Source: Antechinus flavipes
Taxonomy: Eukaryota
Length of the DNA: 64,000 bases
Reading direction: 5' to 3'
NCBI RefSeq assembly: GCF_016432865.1
Contig: NC_067399.1
Span: 212,784,001 to 212,848,000 of the forward strand
In this document: positions 24,351 to 37,337 of the stretch, one piece after another
Layout: the number at the start of each line of letters is the position of its first letter
How positions within the stretch are numbered: position 1 is the first letter of the stretch
The notes under the pieces: generated by a model
The model's database searches: none
What the model was told of the DNA's origin: nothing
The model's input: the letters and a program-made list of their open reading frames with translations, nothing else
Position numbers and translations under genes: made by a program

Positions 24351-26229
24351 AGTGATGAATACTGTAGCTCTCTTCCTAATGTCATCCTGCCTTTTCTATG
24401 AGGTAACATTAGAAGATATAAGCTTCAAGTAGGAGGAATGTTTCCTTTGATGGGAAATGTAAAGTGAGAATATAACTAGAAAACATGAATTACACCTTCT
24501 TAGCTTGATAGTCTTTTAGACCATGTACCTTGACTCCAACAATATTCTGGGAAAATATAATTCCCTTCTATTTCTTTTCTATCTGTATGCTTTGCATTGT
24601 ATATAAATATTGAAGTTGAGGGAGGGAGGGAATTTTTGCATTAAAGCCAAATATTTCAAATTAGCTGATAGATTGGCTTATTTATTTCTGAACTAAAATA
24701 TTTTCATAGTAACATTCACTGTATATTTTAAATATTTGTATCTAATAAATATATACCTATATTTCAAGGAGACTCTGTGTATGTGTATGTGATTTATAGG
24801 GTGTCATTTGCTTTGACACACTATTGCCAAGGTTAGAAGATCTCAGTGTTTATGGGAGGAGTTGTCCTGGAAAATCCAAGGAACAGTTCTAGTAATGAAA
24901 ACTCCAATTCACTAAGCATGCAGCAAATCAGATGAGTGGGACAGGGAATATAAATTCAGAATGGAATTTGAAATGCCAAATAGCTGACTCAAGCCTCATT
25001 ACTCTATATACAAAATTGTCAAAATCCCTTTAACTTCTCCTGACCCAATACTCCTTTCAGGAATGTTTTCATCACCTTGAACTTTTTATAGTAACTAATG
25101 AAGGTAGGCTTAATTTACTTTTGAGGAGGTGAATAACCAACAGATATAACTGGAGCAGAAATGATAGGTAGCCAAGAAGGCTGAGCTCCTTGCTACCCAC
25201 TCCTAATCATCACTTTTCTCCATCTCATTTTGTTTCCAAAAATGAAGAGGAGTCATGTTACTTCACTGAACAACAAGAATTCTTGGCTGTGAAACTTGAA
25301 ACAATTAGAAAGCATTCTCTTGCTTCAAAAAATCAGAAAAACACTAAAAGAACTGAAAAAGTAAAAATCAATACCACGTTCCAAGCAAAACTAAAAATGG
25401 GATTTTTTTTTTTCTGCTTAATTCTTCTAGTAGCCTTGTTTTTGCTACTCCTCAAACAATTATATTTCCAATGGGGTTTATTCTGCCCTAGATTAGCAAC
25501 TATTTGTACACAAATATGAAATTTGTTAACAAACATAAGAAGTTTCACTTGTGGCTTACATTTTAATGAGCACTGTCAACATCACTATCAAATCAGATCC
25601 TAACTGTCCATTTTGTGCATTGTCAATTATTCTAGGCTTTGAGCAATTCATCCTAGGACTATCGTCTAACATCTAAAAAATCATGAAAATGATATTTAAA
25701 ATCAACCTATTCACTCAGAAAAGGGCAAATTGCAACAATCTAAGGCAGCAAAAATCTATAGGTAATAAAATTCTGTATTTCTTAAACCTCATGAAGATTC
25801 TCTATATAAAATACATTTCACAAGACTCCTTTTGAATTCGTTGAGGACAACAGATGCCTATAAAACAAGGGGAATCAATATCATTTGATTAAAAAATATA
25901 TTTATTTTCCTTAAAACTGTATGAATTTCTTAAAGAAGCTAAAATTAAGCAGATCTTTTCTCCATACTTCTGAAAGGTAATTCATTTGAGAAGTTTCAGG
26001 AAGACAGTATAATGAAGTGAAAATCATGCCAGATATGGAATCAGAGAATTTGAGTTAAAATGTCAACTCTTTTACTGCCTATTTTATGTGGGACAAAATT
26101 CCTAATTTACAAATGCTTTGTTTGACTAAATAACTTCCAGAGTCCATTTCAGCTCAAGTTTACAATGCAATGATCAGCAGATACAAATAATGGATAAGAT
26201 GTTTCCTTTGATGCAATTCAACGAATATT

Positions 26230-26810
26230 TATTAAGTGCTATGTTTCTGGTATTATTTGAAAGCTGGGGAGAAGGGAACAGGAAGAGGTAAGAGGAAAGA
26301 AATAGGTTCTACATTGTCCTGGTTTGAAATAAATCCAGCACTGATAAGCAAATATAAAATTTATGAAAAGTAAATACATAGTAATTGGGAGAAATAGGAG
26401 TACCCTAACAACTAAAAGTAGGATACAATATGTCATCTGAATCTGAAAGGGAGCACAAAGATTCCAAAATTCTGAGGTGAAGAGAAAGAGAATAAGGGCA
26501 GCTGGCCAGCCTAGGCAAAAGGACAGAGGTAAGAGATCCTACCTTCATGACATCTCAAATATCTGATCCCTCTGACACTGTTACCTCCCTGCTGTAAGTT
26601 CTTATCACTTCCCATTTATATTGTAGCAATACCCTGCTGGTTTGTCTCCTTTGCCTCAAGTTTCTCCCCATTCCAATTCATTCTCTAATTAGAGGTCAAA
26701 GAGATTTTCCTAAAACATAGGTCTGACCTTATCAGCCCTGCTGTCCCTGTCCCTCCCTAACCCCTCCCCCCATTTAAGCAACTTCAGCGACTCCCTATTG
26801 GTGGTAGCCT
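26230..26810. mobile_element. L2 fragments
   Basis: atttattaagtgctatg, and tagaggtcaaagagattttcctaaaacataggtctgacc...ctccctattg L2 motifs. Confidence 0.6.
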
Positions 26811-26849
26811 TCATCATCATTGTCTCTGAATTAGATTTAAGTTTGGCAA

Positions 26850-27290
26850 AGTATTGGTTTTTTTTTTTTTATTATTCTGAACTTAAGAAATAAAATAAGA
26901 ACCTCCATAACATAGTAGAATGGGAGAAAGGGAGAAAGATTGTATGTGAAACAACAAATCTATTATGTATAACTTGCTATTCCTTTTAAATATATAATAA
27001 AATTATCATGTAGCTTTCTTTTTTCCCTTTTTTCTTTCCCTCCCCCTCCCTGCCCTAGAGATGGTTATCATTAGACATAAATAGTATGTATATGTGTATA
27101 TATGTCATAATATAGAATACATGTGTGTATTATATAAAAAATCCTACACATCCATTTTTTTCTTTTTTTTCCCTCTAGATACAGATACCATCTTCCTTCC
27201 AATGTCCTTTGTAGTTGATTTGAGTATTTATAATAGTCAAAATGACTTAGTCACTCAAAGTTGTATGATGTTGGTGTCTTCAATATCTGA
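26850..27290 (-). mobile_element. Old L1/HAL1-type 3' end; related copies near 28330-28620 and 48700-49100
   Basis: Shared motif gattgYayRtgaaac...aatctatta...aacttgctattccttttaaatatataataaa. Confidence 0.6.
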
Positions 27291-28186
27291 CCAAGATCTA
27301 TGCTTCAGTCATCTTCAGGGCCATTGGAATAAATTGTTTTCATCCACCCATTCCCTAATACATCCACAATAAAATTGCAATCATCTGTGTAGCTTTGAAA
27401 ACCTTTATACCCCGGTCCCTTCTTATCTTTCCAGTTTTGTACCTTTCTCATCTATGCTCTACAACTCAGTGCTACCTTTCTCCATGCCGCTTTTTGAACA
27501 AGATTCTCCATCTCCTGACTTTATGAATTTTCACTGACTCCCCCCCACCAAGCCTAAAATTCTCTCAGACTCTTGACTTTCCTGGCTTCCTTTCAGTCTC
27601 AGTTAACATCTACCTTAAGCCAGAAGCTTTTCTCAGTTCCCCTTAATGGTAATGTCTTCTTCTGAGACATAAAATACACATACACATACAAACATACACA
27701 TAATAGGTGCTTTATAAATGCTGGATCTACTTGACATTCATATAATACAACAAGTTGCTCTTCATAACTTCAACTTAAATGATATACTATGTAAATAGAG
27801 CTCAGAAAATTCTTGGTTATTGAAGGATTCACTTTTAAAAATATATAGAAGGTTAGATAAAAGACAGAAAAGCATTGATCCTGCTTCCTTTGCTTTAGAA
27901 TTTCAATTAACAATCAGGTAGTAGTGATACATAATAGTAATAATTAGAATATGAATACCTTCAGTCTTGCCCTCTAACAGAAACATAAAGATTTTTAAAT
28001 AGTTTTATTGCTGTCAAATGAGATATTTGTAAAAGTACTTAACACAGTTCTTGGCATATTGTAGATGAAGCATAAATGCTTATCCTCCTCCTTTTTTTTA
28101 CATAGTATCCCCCAGTATCTCTCTCTCTCTCCATTCCCAAAGAGACATCCTATATATCAAATACTATTTTTTTAAAAAGGTGGGGA

Positions 28187-28320
28187 GGGGCAACTAGATG
28201 GCAGTGGATAGAGCACCAGTCCTGGAGTCAGGACTATCTGAAATCAAATCTGGTCTCAGATATTTGACACTAACTCTGTGACTCTGGGCAAATCACTTCA
28301 CTACCACCATCCCAAAAAGG
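28187..28320 (+). mobile_element. CORE-SINE (WSINE1-like)
   Basis: ggggcaactagatggcagtggatagagcaccagtcctggagtcagg. Confidence 0.8.
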
Positions 28321-29202
28321 AAGAGAAAGTTCAGCATAATTTATCAAAATATCAAAAAACAATTGAAATTACATGCATTTTCCCACATTTGTAGGCCTTC
28401 AACACTGGCAAAAACTTTTCATATTACTTCTTTCAAGCTATTCCTGTACTTTTAAATTTTTAATTTATGGACTAAAACAAACATTTCCATACCAGAGTAT
28501 AATTTTTAAAACGATGATTGCACATGAAACTGTAAATCTATTATATTCAATTTGCTATTTCTTTAAAATATATAATAAAGTTATCATGTAAATTTCTTTT
28601 TTTTCTTCCTTCCCCCCTAATTTTTTTATAATTTACTTTTGATTTTTTTTTTTGCATGATTGTTCTGTTTGCATTACAGTCATTGCATATATTTTTCTTG
28701 GCTTTGCTTACTTAATAGTATTGCTACCATCCTCCCAAAAAGCTCAGAATGTCAGGAGAAATCAGCAAACTTCAATCTCCCTATAAATTCCCACAGGAAA
28801 ATTGTATTCCCATTACAAGGAGGAATAAATAATGGGTTATTGTCATCTTAGCTCTAAACATAGTGTAAGATACCATTATTTTCTTTATTCTATCTTTAAA
28901 AGGATAGATTTACTTACCCATTAATTAATTAATAATTCAAAAGATGTTTGAAGACAACCAATTAGCTGCAGTAATTTGCATTTTTATGTCCTTTCATTAT
29001 TTTCCTCAGTCCTTTTCTTCTATTCCAGCAATATAAATGCTATCTTCCAAAGGTGTATGGCCTTTTTAAAAAATTGCTTAATAATGAAACCTCTTTAATT
29101 ATCAATTGGCCAGTATTATAGACTTCAAAGAAACATAGCTGTTAGTGATGGAGACCACATGTGATGATGTTTCAGTCCTTAAGGAAATACCAAAACACTT
29201 AC

Positions 29203-29291
29203 CTCACTCCATCTTTGTGGAGTTTTCATAGGAGCAAAAACAGTCCTAATTTTTGCCATGGGCTTTCATTAAAGCAGGCCATATGAATTCT
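29203..29291 (-). other. Candidate 89-bp exon (stop in all frames; non-coding if real)
   Basis: Acceptor tatctctctgcag| and consensus donor GAG|GTAAGT, in non-repeat sequence. Confidence 0.3.
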
Positions 29292-29839
29292 CTGCAGAGA
29301 GATATACTTTAATTATTTAATCCAAACTTCAGCATTTTTTTCTAGATACAGAAAGAAAAAAATAATGGGAATGATAAGATGCCATGAAGTAGGAGCAAAT
29401 ATGGAAATTCTTCTTCTAGATAATCATATTTATATTATTGATCCAGAGTTTTAAGAAAAATACTTGGCAAATTTTGAAACAGTAGATACTGGAATTATTA
29501 CTCTTATTTCTTTCTTAGAATATATGTAAGCATTGATGTTCAATTAGAGAAAGAAATAGCTATGCTGGAGATGTGACAAAGTATTGTAAGCCTAACTGAC
29601 AAGATTAAAAAACATAAATTCACTTTCACTATTAATCTATGCTGGTTAGTTACTCAGGAAACCCCATTAGCCATTTGTAGCTTAATTGTTTAGTAACCAA
29701 ATATTCAGTGAGAATATTACAAGACTTGGGGATCCTCAATAATTACATAGCTGATTATAATGACATATAAGGATTAATTATAAATAATTCTAGATTGATT
29801 GTCAACAAATAAAAGAGTTTGTAACCCTCCATAATAACA

Positions 29840-30010
29840 TAGATAGAAAGCAAAAAGGAAAAAATAAAAATGTCTGGAAAAAAAGATGAGAAAAAAGAGG
29901 AGTGAAAGGTAGGAGAAGAAAAGAAAGACAGAGAGGAAGAACAAAAGAAGGAGAAGGAGGAAGAGGAGGGGAAAAAGAAGGAAGAGAAGAGGAAGCAGGA
30001 GGAAAAGGTA
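29840..30010. repeat. Purine-rich (GAA/GGA) low-complexity tract
   Basis: Directly visible; explains ORF 29802-30044. Confidence 0.9.
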
Positions 30011-32018
30011 TTAAATTACCCTCCCTGAAGCTTTCCTCTAACAAGTTTGCTACTCCTTAAAGATATGCAATTCTTTGCAGTTCTTACATAAAATATAGGA
30101 AACTATAATTCATATTCATTAATACACAAAATAGAAGCCATGTGGTCTAATGAATAGAACCAAGCTTAGAGTTCAAAAAAACCCTATAATTTCATCTACA
30201 ATCCTATTTTTCTATTCTATTACATATAAGGAAATGCATATTTTATTACTGTTTGTTAAGTTCAGAATATACATACATATATGTGTATAGTCGTATATAG
30301 TAAGAGCTTAATAAATGATTGTTGATTAATTTCTCTGTTAATATTTTATGATGGGTATTGATTTGCACATTGTGATAGATATAGATATGCATATATACTA
30401 TACATTATTATTTATTATACATCTGTGATTGTGGGGGGATGAAGGAGAGGGGGATAAGTTAGTTTCACTATGAATTCAAAAGGTTACAAGAAGCATGGGT
30501 TCCTCAGACATTTTATCTGGCTGAAAATGAGTAAAAAAAAAAAAAAAAAAAAAAAGCACATTTATCACAATTTGCATGACAATACCTATCACCAAACATG
30601 AACAAATAGAGAAAATATACAGAGAAATTAATTGACAAGTATTTATTAAGTACTTACTATGTGACAGAAAAGAATTTAACAAGATCCCCTAAACTAAGTC
30701 ATAGGGACAGGGATAGATACTGACCTGCTGATTTCATTTCTTATTGGGAATTCCCTGATAAGAAAAGAATCATCTACCAATCCAAGTTGGCACCTTTTTT
30801 TCAATGTATACTATTAAAGCGTTGTCTGGTTCACTGGGAAGTTAAATGACTCTTCAGCCATTATGTATTAGAAGCAATACCCAAACTTGGACATTCCTGG
30901 TTTCAAGGCCAGACTTTTCTTTCCTGTATCACAGTACCAGCATCATAGAGCACAAATTCAGAAATAAAAGGGACCTTAAAGAAATTCTAATCATACTACT
31001 TCATTTTTCCCTTTAAAAAAAAAAAAACTCCAATATACTCGATAACAACAGTTCTCAAAATGTGGTATAGGTTATCCTATGGGTTACTAAGACTCTTTCA
31101 GGGTATCTGTGAAGTCAAAATTATTTTTATAACAATACTAAAGTGTTTTAATAAATGAAGGGAAATAATCCCAGAAAATGACTTATCAAAGATTTCGAGC
31201 TAATATTCTAACATGTTCTCTGATTTGAAGTTTGACACTCTATGTACTCTGCTACTTCAGTGCAAAAATAGACACAAGGAAGAACAGTGAAAACCAGGTT
31301 ATGGGTTATAATTCAGAATCAAAAAAATGAAAATAAGTCTAAATCTTACATACTTTCCCAATCTCTCATACATGAATATCATTAATATTTTAAGAAAAGA
31401 TTCAGATAAAGGACTTGGCAAACACCAAACATTAAAAAAGAAAATTAATTCTATTTTAACATAAAGTGGTTGGTCATAAAGTATTGTATAAATTATTTAG
31501 GATAAGTAATGATTTTGCTATAGTTTTATTTTGTGATTTAATGGTCAAACATTTGTGTTTGCTTATTTGGACAGCTACACTAACTCAAAGCATTTCACAA
31601 TGATCAGATGGTTTCATTAATTTTGTCTGATGAATGCTAGTTTTCCATTTATCTATTGACCAATTGATAGATTTTATCATTCTCTTGTGCTATGTTTTTA
31701 ATTCTATGGTTCCTTAAGAATGAATATTATTGCAAGTTAATGTGCTCCAAAGAGCATACTTTAATGATTGCTAGGTGTATTTCAATAACTGTTCTTCAGG
31801 AGAAGCAAATATTTTAAGAATCACACAAACTCACAATAATATAGGATTAGCCACCATCATCCCCTAAAAGAAAACATAGTCTCAGCTGAAAATGAAAAAA
31901 CTTAATGATAAGAACTGCAAACTATTGCAATCAATGCATCTAATTAATCCTTGTAAAACAAGCAAAGGCCTTAATAGGGACCTGACAGCCAGAGGGCTTG
32001 TTATTGATTCCTCAATAG

Positions 32019-32218
32019 TAGCATTTCTCAAACTTTTTGATCTAAGGACCCCTTACAAATGTTAAAATTGTTGAGGACCACCCAAAAGACTTTTTTTAAT
32101 GAGTTATTTGTTATTAGAAATTAAAAACACCTTAATAATATTTTGAAAATAGTTTTGACCTCACAGACCCCCAATTCTTGATCCTGAGAACCAAGGGACT
32201 ATATTTTAAGAACTGCTG
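32019..32218. mobile_element. hAT-type MITE (about 200 bp)
   Basis: Imperfect TIRs: tagcatttctcaaact versus revcomp cagcagttcttaaaat. Confidence 0.65.
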
Positions 32219-32260
32219 TTCTACCATATGTTGTAGGTTTTTTGAAAAGGAAAGAAGATC

Positions 32261-32475
32261 TCCCTGTGCAACAAGAAAACTGTTCGGTTCTGCACACATA
32301 TATTGTATCCAGGATATACTGTAACCTATTCAACATGTATAGGACTGCTTGCCATCTGGGGGAAGGGGTGGAGGGAGGGAGGGGAAAAATCGGAACAGAA
32401 ATGAATGCAAGGGATAATGCTGTAAAAAATTACCCTATCAATAAAAAAGATATTAAAATAAAAAAAATTAAAAAA
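32261..32475 (+). mobile_element. Young 5'-truncated L1 3' end
   Basis: Poly-A tail; 16-bp TSD aaaaggaaagaa(g/c)atc at 32245-32260 and 32476-32491. Confidence 0.9.
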
Positions 32476-32547
32476 AAAAGGAAAGAACATCAAGAAGGAC
32501 ATTTTTTTTAAGTTGCTAACTATTGATATGAAGGAAAATATACTTTT

Positions 32548-33638
32548 TTAGGTTTCTCTTGAGTTCTATATTTGTAGATCAAACTTTTTATTAAGTTCTA
32601 GTTTTTTCATCAAAAATAGGTGAAATTCGCTTATTTCATTGAATGTCCATCTTCTTCCCTGGAAAAAGATGGTCATTCTGGCTGGGTAAGTTATTTTTGG
32701 TTGCATACCAAATTCCTTAGCCTTTCGGAATCTCATATTTCAGGCCCTTCGATCTTTTAATGTGGATGCTGCTAGATCCTGGGTGATCCTTATTGTGGCT
32801 CCTCTATATTTGAATTGGGTTTTTCTAGCTGCTTGCAGTATTTTTTCCTTCGTCTGAGGGTTCTGGCATTTGGCCACTATATTTCTTGGTGTTTTGATTT
32901 TAGGATCCCATTCAGTAGGTGATCAATGAATTCTTTCAATGTCTATTTTACCCTCTGTTTGTATGACTTCTGGGCAGTTCTCTTTGATAATTTCCTGGAA
33001 AATAGTGTGCAGGCTCTTTTTTTCATCATACTTTTCTGGGAGTCCAATGATTCTCAGATTGTCTCTCCTGGATCTGTTTTCCAGGTCTGTTGTCTTCCCC
33101 AGAAGGAATTTCACATTCTTTTCCATTGTTTGATTTTTTTGGATTTGCTTGACTGATTCTTCTTGTCTCCTTGAGTCATTCAATTCCATTTGTCCGATTC
33201 TGATTTTCAATGAAGTATTTTCTTCACTCACTTTTTTTATATCTTTTTCTAATTGTCCAATTGAGTTCTTTTGTTCTATGGAATTTTTTCCATTTCACCA
33301 ATTTTGTTTTTTAGAGAGCTATTTTCTGTTTCCAGTTTACTAATCCTATTTTTTAAGGATTTTATTTCTTTATCCAGTCTCTCTTTAACTGAGTGGGATG
33401 ACTTCTCCAGACTCTCTTGCCAAACCTCCCTCTCCTTTTCCCATTTTTCTTCTAGCTCCCTTGTGAGAGCCTTTTTAATTTCTTCTATGAAGTTCATCCG
33501 TGCTGAGGAACATATGATCTCCTCCTTTGGGTATTCACCTGGAGACTGTCTGTTTTTAGTCTCCTCAGGATTTAGAGTCTGCTCTCTTTCTGTATAGAAG
33601 CTGTCAAGGGTTAAAGTCCTCTTCAATTTTTAGCTCAT
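32548..33638 (-). pseudogene. L1 ORF1p (coiled coil, RRM, CTD), disrupted
   Basis: Motifs DLENRSRRDNLRIIGLPE, IFQEIIKENCP, IERIH, TIRITQDL, ITYPA. Four in-frame stops (near 33632, 32923, 32740, 32566) and a frameshift near 33280. Confidence 0.95.
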
Positions 33639-33689
33639 TTTGTCAAAGAATCAAAGACAAACTAGCAAAGAAAAAAGAGAAAGAACCCC

Positions 33690-34100
33690 TAAATGGAGTC
33701 TGCTTTTTGGGGGGAGGGGCTGGGTGGTGTTACCGAGCTTCCTCTGCAGACTGCGGGGGCAGCAACGAGGCACTAGCAGGACTGTGCTGCGGCGCCTGCG
33801 CTCTGAGACCCCAGAGCGTGCTGAGTCACTGTGGGGGAGGGGTGGCCAGGTCCCGAGAGACTCCAACTGTTTGGGGTTGTATTCTTCACCCCCGGTGTTT
33901 TTAGCTTCTCTGCTGACTTGCTTGCCAGGGCAAAGTATCCAATCCTGTAGCAAAGTCCTGTAGCTCAGCCCGCAGAGACGGCTGAGATCACACCCCACCC
34001 CCTCTCCGGTCTGCTCTGCTGTGAGCTGCCTGCCGGGCTCTAGCTGCACTGCCGCTGCCTGCCCTCAGCCTGGGCCCGATCTAAAACCATCCCCGCCCTC
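33690..34100 (-). promoter_or_regulatory. CpG-rich L1 5'UTR internal promoter region
   Basis: The densest CpG cluster in the window (ctgcggcgcctgcgctc, cccgcagagacggc). L1 5'UTRs are known to carry an internal promoter. Confidence 0.6.
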
Positions 34101-34120
34101 AAGCAAAAACAGACCTTTCC

Positions 34121-34501
34121 TTTTTTTTTTTTTTTCTTTTTTTTTCTTTTTTTTTAATTTTTATTTAATAATTACTTTATATTGACACTCGTTTCTGTTC
34201 CGATTTTTTTTTCCCTCCGTCCCTCTACCCCCTCCCCTAGATGGCAAGCAGTCCTTTATATGTTGGATATGTTGCAGTATATCCTAGATACAATATATGT
34301 TTGCAGAACCGAACAGTTCTCTTGTTGCGTAGGGAGAATTGGATTCAGAAGGCATAAATAACCCGGGAAGAAAAACAAAAATGCAGATAGTTCACATTCG
34401 TTTCCCAGTGTTCTTTCTTTGGGTGTAGCTGCTTTTGTCCGTCATTTATCAATTGAAACTCAGGTCTCTTTGTCAAAGAAATCCACTTCCATCAAAATAT
34501 G
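34121..34501 (-). mobile_element. Young L1 3' end nested in the poly-A tail of another L1 3' end
   Basis: Long T-tract, then an L1 3'UTR of a subfamily distinct from the neighbouring copy. Confidence 0.9.
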
Positions 34502-34939
34502 TTTTTTTTTTTTAATAATTTTTTATTGATAGAACCCATGCCAGGGTAATTTTTTACAGCATTATCCCTTGCACTCACTTCTGTTCTGATTTTTCCCCTC
34601 CCTCCCTCCACCCCCTCCCCCAGATGGCAAGCAGTCCTTTACATGTTAAATAGGTTACAGTGTATCCTAGATACAATATATGTGTGCAAAACCGAACAGT
34701 TCTCTTGTTGCACAGGGAGAATTGAATTCAGAAGATAAAAATAACCCGGGAAGAAAAACAACAATGCAAGCAGTTTATATTCATTTCCCAGTGTTCTTTC
34801 TTTGGGTGTAGCTGCTTCTGTCCATCCTTGATCAATTGAAACTGAATTAGTTCTCTTTATCGAAGAGATCCACTTCCATCAGAATACATCCTCAAACAGT
34901 ATCGTTGTTGAGGTATATAATGATCTCCTGGTTCTGCTC
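34502..34939 (-). mobile_element. Young L1 3' end inserted in the L1 5'UTR
   Basis: A 15-bp TSD aaaacaga(c/t)ctttcc at 34106-34120 and 34940-34954 encloses both 3' ends. Confidence 0.9.
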
Positions 34940-35114
34940 AAAACAGATCTTTCCTGGTGAATTTCAAGGATGTCTTTTCTTTGTAACTATTTGTGGGGGG
35001 GGGGGGTTTCAGTCAAACATTAATTCAGAGGCTTGTAATGAAATGGATTCTGAGAGAAAACGTGGAGCTTACACAGCTATGTGCCTCCTCTCTGCCATCT
35101 TGGCCAGAAGTCTC

Positions 35115-37337
35115 AATAAATGGGTTTTAAATTCAATATTACATAAAATCACTTTTAAATGCTCAATAACCAATCTATATCAAAACATGTTCAAGTATTG
35201 ACTTTGAACAAAGGGAAAAAGACAGGCCACTGTTCTTGGAATAGGAACAACTTTAAGATGGCTCAATACAACCAATTAAAACTCACATAGAATATACTGT
35301 CCTAATTTAACATTAAAGAATCCTATCAGAATTAACATTAATAATTTCTTCAACCCCCAAAAAACAGGCACAACACCAATATTGTTAAAATTCTTCCAAG
35401 CACAATTTGAAATGTTCTGCTTCAGTTTTCTTGGGGTCTCTGGGAGCAGCCTTCAGTTCAGTAATCATAACAAGTACAGCCAGGTGTTAAAGTCCAAATC
35501 CTTTATTGTCTCCTTTAACATCTTGTCTCCTTTCCTGGGGCCCAATTAGCTTTTTTTAGAGTCCAGATCCTTTATTATCTCCTTCCTGGGACTGGGCAGC
35601 TTTCTGGAGAGCCTTTCAGTCTGGCCTTGGTCTTAGTGGAAGAAGTGCAGGAGTCCAGGCTAGCCACCAGGAAGATCTAAGATGGAATTGAATTTCTCCC
35701 CTTGGTTCTGAGAGTTTAAGCTCCTGCCACCAATCCTTTGCCTTCTCTCTGAATGTCTCTGAATCTCCCTGGCTGAGGCGTCTAGCTTATATGCTTCACA
35801 CTGAGTACAAACCAATCGTTATATCACTAGGAAACCATTATTTGTTGTAGGATTAAATCAATGCTAAACTAGATTTAACCATTGTCTCAATTCTATTTAG
35901 TACCTTGTTTCAAATTCTGGCCTATAACATCTCCTTGTAAGATTAAATCAATCATACTGAACCAGGCTAAATTAGATAACTATTGTCTCTATCAATTCCA
36001 CTGACTTAGTACCTTGTAAGAATCCTTTGTTTCAAGTTCAGAGTTCTGGCGCATAATACAATTAATCTCCCCTCCCACCAAAACATTCCTAATTGCCCTG
36101 GTGCAAAGTCAATTTTAGAGGTTATTCTTTCTAAAGGGTTATCTTCCAGGTCACTAGATAGGTTTTTAGAACCAGCTACCTTAGGTTCACAGTATCTTGT
36201 CCTTTTTGATTGCTGACTCACCCAATCTTACTTATACTTGGGAGCACTCTTACAGACTCTAACAGCTTAGAGTTTCCCGATATCAAAGGGAAATGAGCCT
36301 TTATGGACTATAATCATTTAAAGTCTTCCAATCCCAATCCCAGTCACCCAGGCAGTTTACCAGTTCTTGTCAAAGGGAAAGCACTCTTAAGAACTCTAAC
36401 TGCTTAGAGTCTCTCCCCACCCCACTGGTTTCTTTCCCTACCTGGGTTGTGCACAACTTGCCTGACTGATTTCAACCTTTTCTCAGTTGGTTTATCTCCT
36501 GAGCAGAATTGATTCTCTATTTTCACTAGCCCACTTCCATTTTTGCTTTCTTCAAATGTCTCTCTTTAGGAATTTACCTAATCATAGTGAGAGGTCCCAA
36601 GCTGAGTCCAGGGACCACCAGAGAATTCTTTGGAATTCCCAATAATTCAGGCCAGAAGAAAGCCCTCACAAACAGGAAATATCCCAGAACAAGCCCCCCA
36701 AAACTGTGTGAGACAATGACCCTTATCCAAATTAAAATCAGAGACTCTCAAGGAAAAAAGCAAAAAGAATTTATTTTGATCTCACAAGAAAAGGCAACTC
36801 TTAACAAACAAGGTGTCAGTAGAGGAGTGAAAAGTACAAACTGCAAAGCACAAGATTATACAGGCCCTAATGCAAAAGCCTCCACATCCTCCCTTTCTGA
36901 CCTTTTCTCCCATTGGCTGAGGAATTCTAATTTACCTGGAGATTAAATTAAAAACATAATTAGGAATATAACTATAAATAGAATAGAAATAGAAAACATA
37001 ATTAGGAACATAAATTAGGAATATAGACTAACACAAAAGCTCACACACACACACACTCTTTCTAACCTTTTCTCCCATTGGTTGGGAAGTTCTAATTTAC
37101 CTAGAGATTAAATTAAGAAACAAAGAATAACATACTCTTTACCATATTAGGTACTTAAATGCTAATGAAAAGGTGGGGGTGAGGAACGGGAGAGAAATAT
37201 TTGCTTATCTAAAATAATCAAACACCTGCAGCTTTTAGCTGTAGTTCAACTTGTTATTGCAAAGTATCAAGTCATAATTAGGGCATAGGTTGGAGTCATA
37301 TTCTTATGACAGGTCTTCACTCAGTTTATCCCATTCA
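35115..37337 (-). mobile_element. ERV-A: truncated provirus (5' LTR about 36631-37337, PBS-like 36603-36620, leader/internal sequence to about 35115)
   Basis: Minus-strand AATAAA (about 36771), TATA (about 36857) and two CCAAT blocks in the LTR. PBS-like TGGTGGTCCCTGGACTCA immediately internal; cognate tRNA unresolved. No 3' LTR seen. Confidence 0.6.
35413..36060 (-). mobile_element. LTR with internal U3 duplication, inserted in ERV-A
   Basis: TG...CA termini. Duplicated block gattaaatcaat...attgtctc...tagtaccttgt...ttctggc. Minus-strand AATAAA twice (about 35505 and 35573). No TSD match found. Confidence 0.85.

Larger units (their letters stand above)
32540..35114 (-). mobile_element. Relatively young L1, 5'-intact (5'UTR plus ORF1) but missing ORF2 and 3'UTR
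   Basis: Starts gagacttctggccaagatggcagag at 35114. ORF1 recognisable to its stop; no ORF2 follows. Confidence 0.93.

Noticed and set aside
33640-34049. Three overlapping GC-rich ORFs as an L1 ORF0-like or novel gene
   Set aside because: GC-rich 5'UTR sequence yields open frames on all strands by composition; there is no supporting motif or splice evidence.
36061-36620. A tiny LTR element bounded by the 35413-36060 LTR and the 36631-37337 LTR
   Set aside because: The two LTRs are unrelated in sequence; better explained as an LTR inserted into ERV-A.
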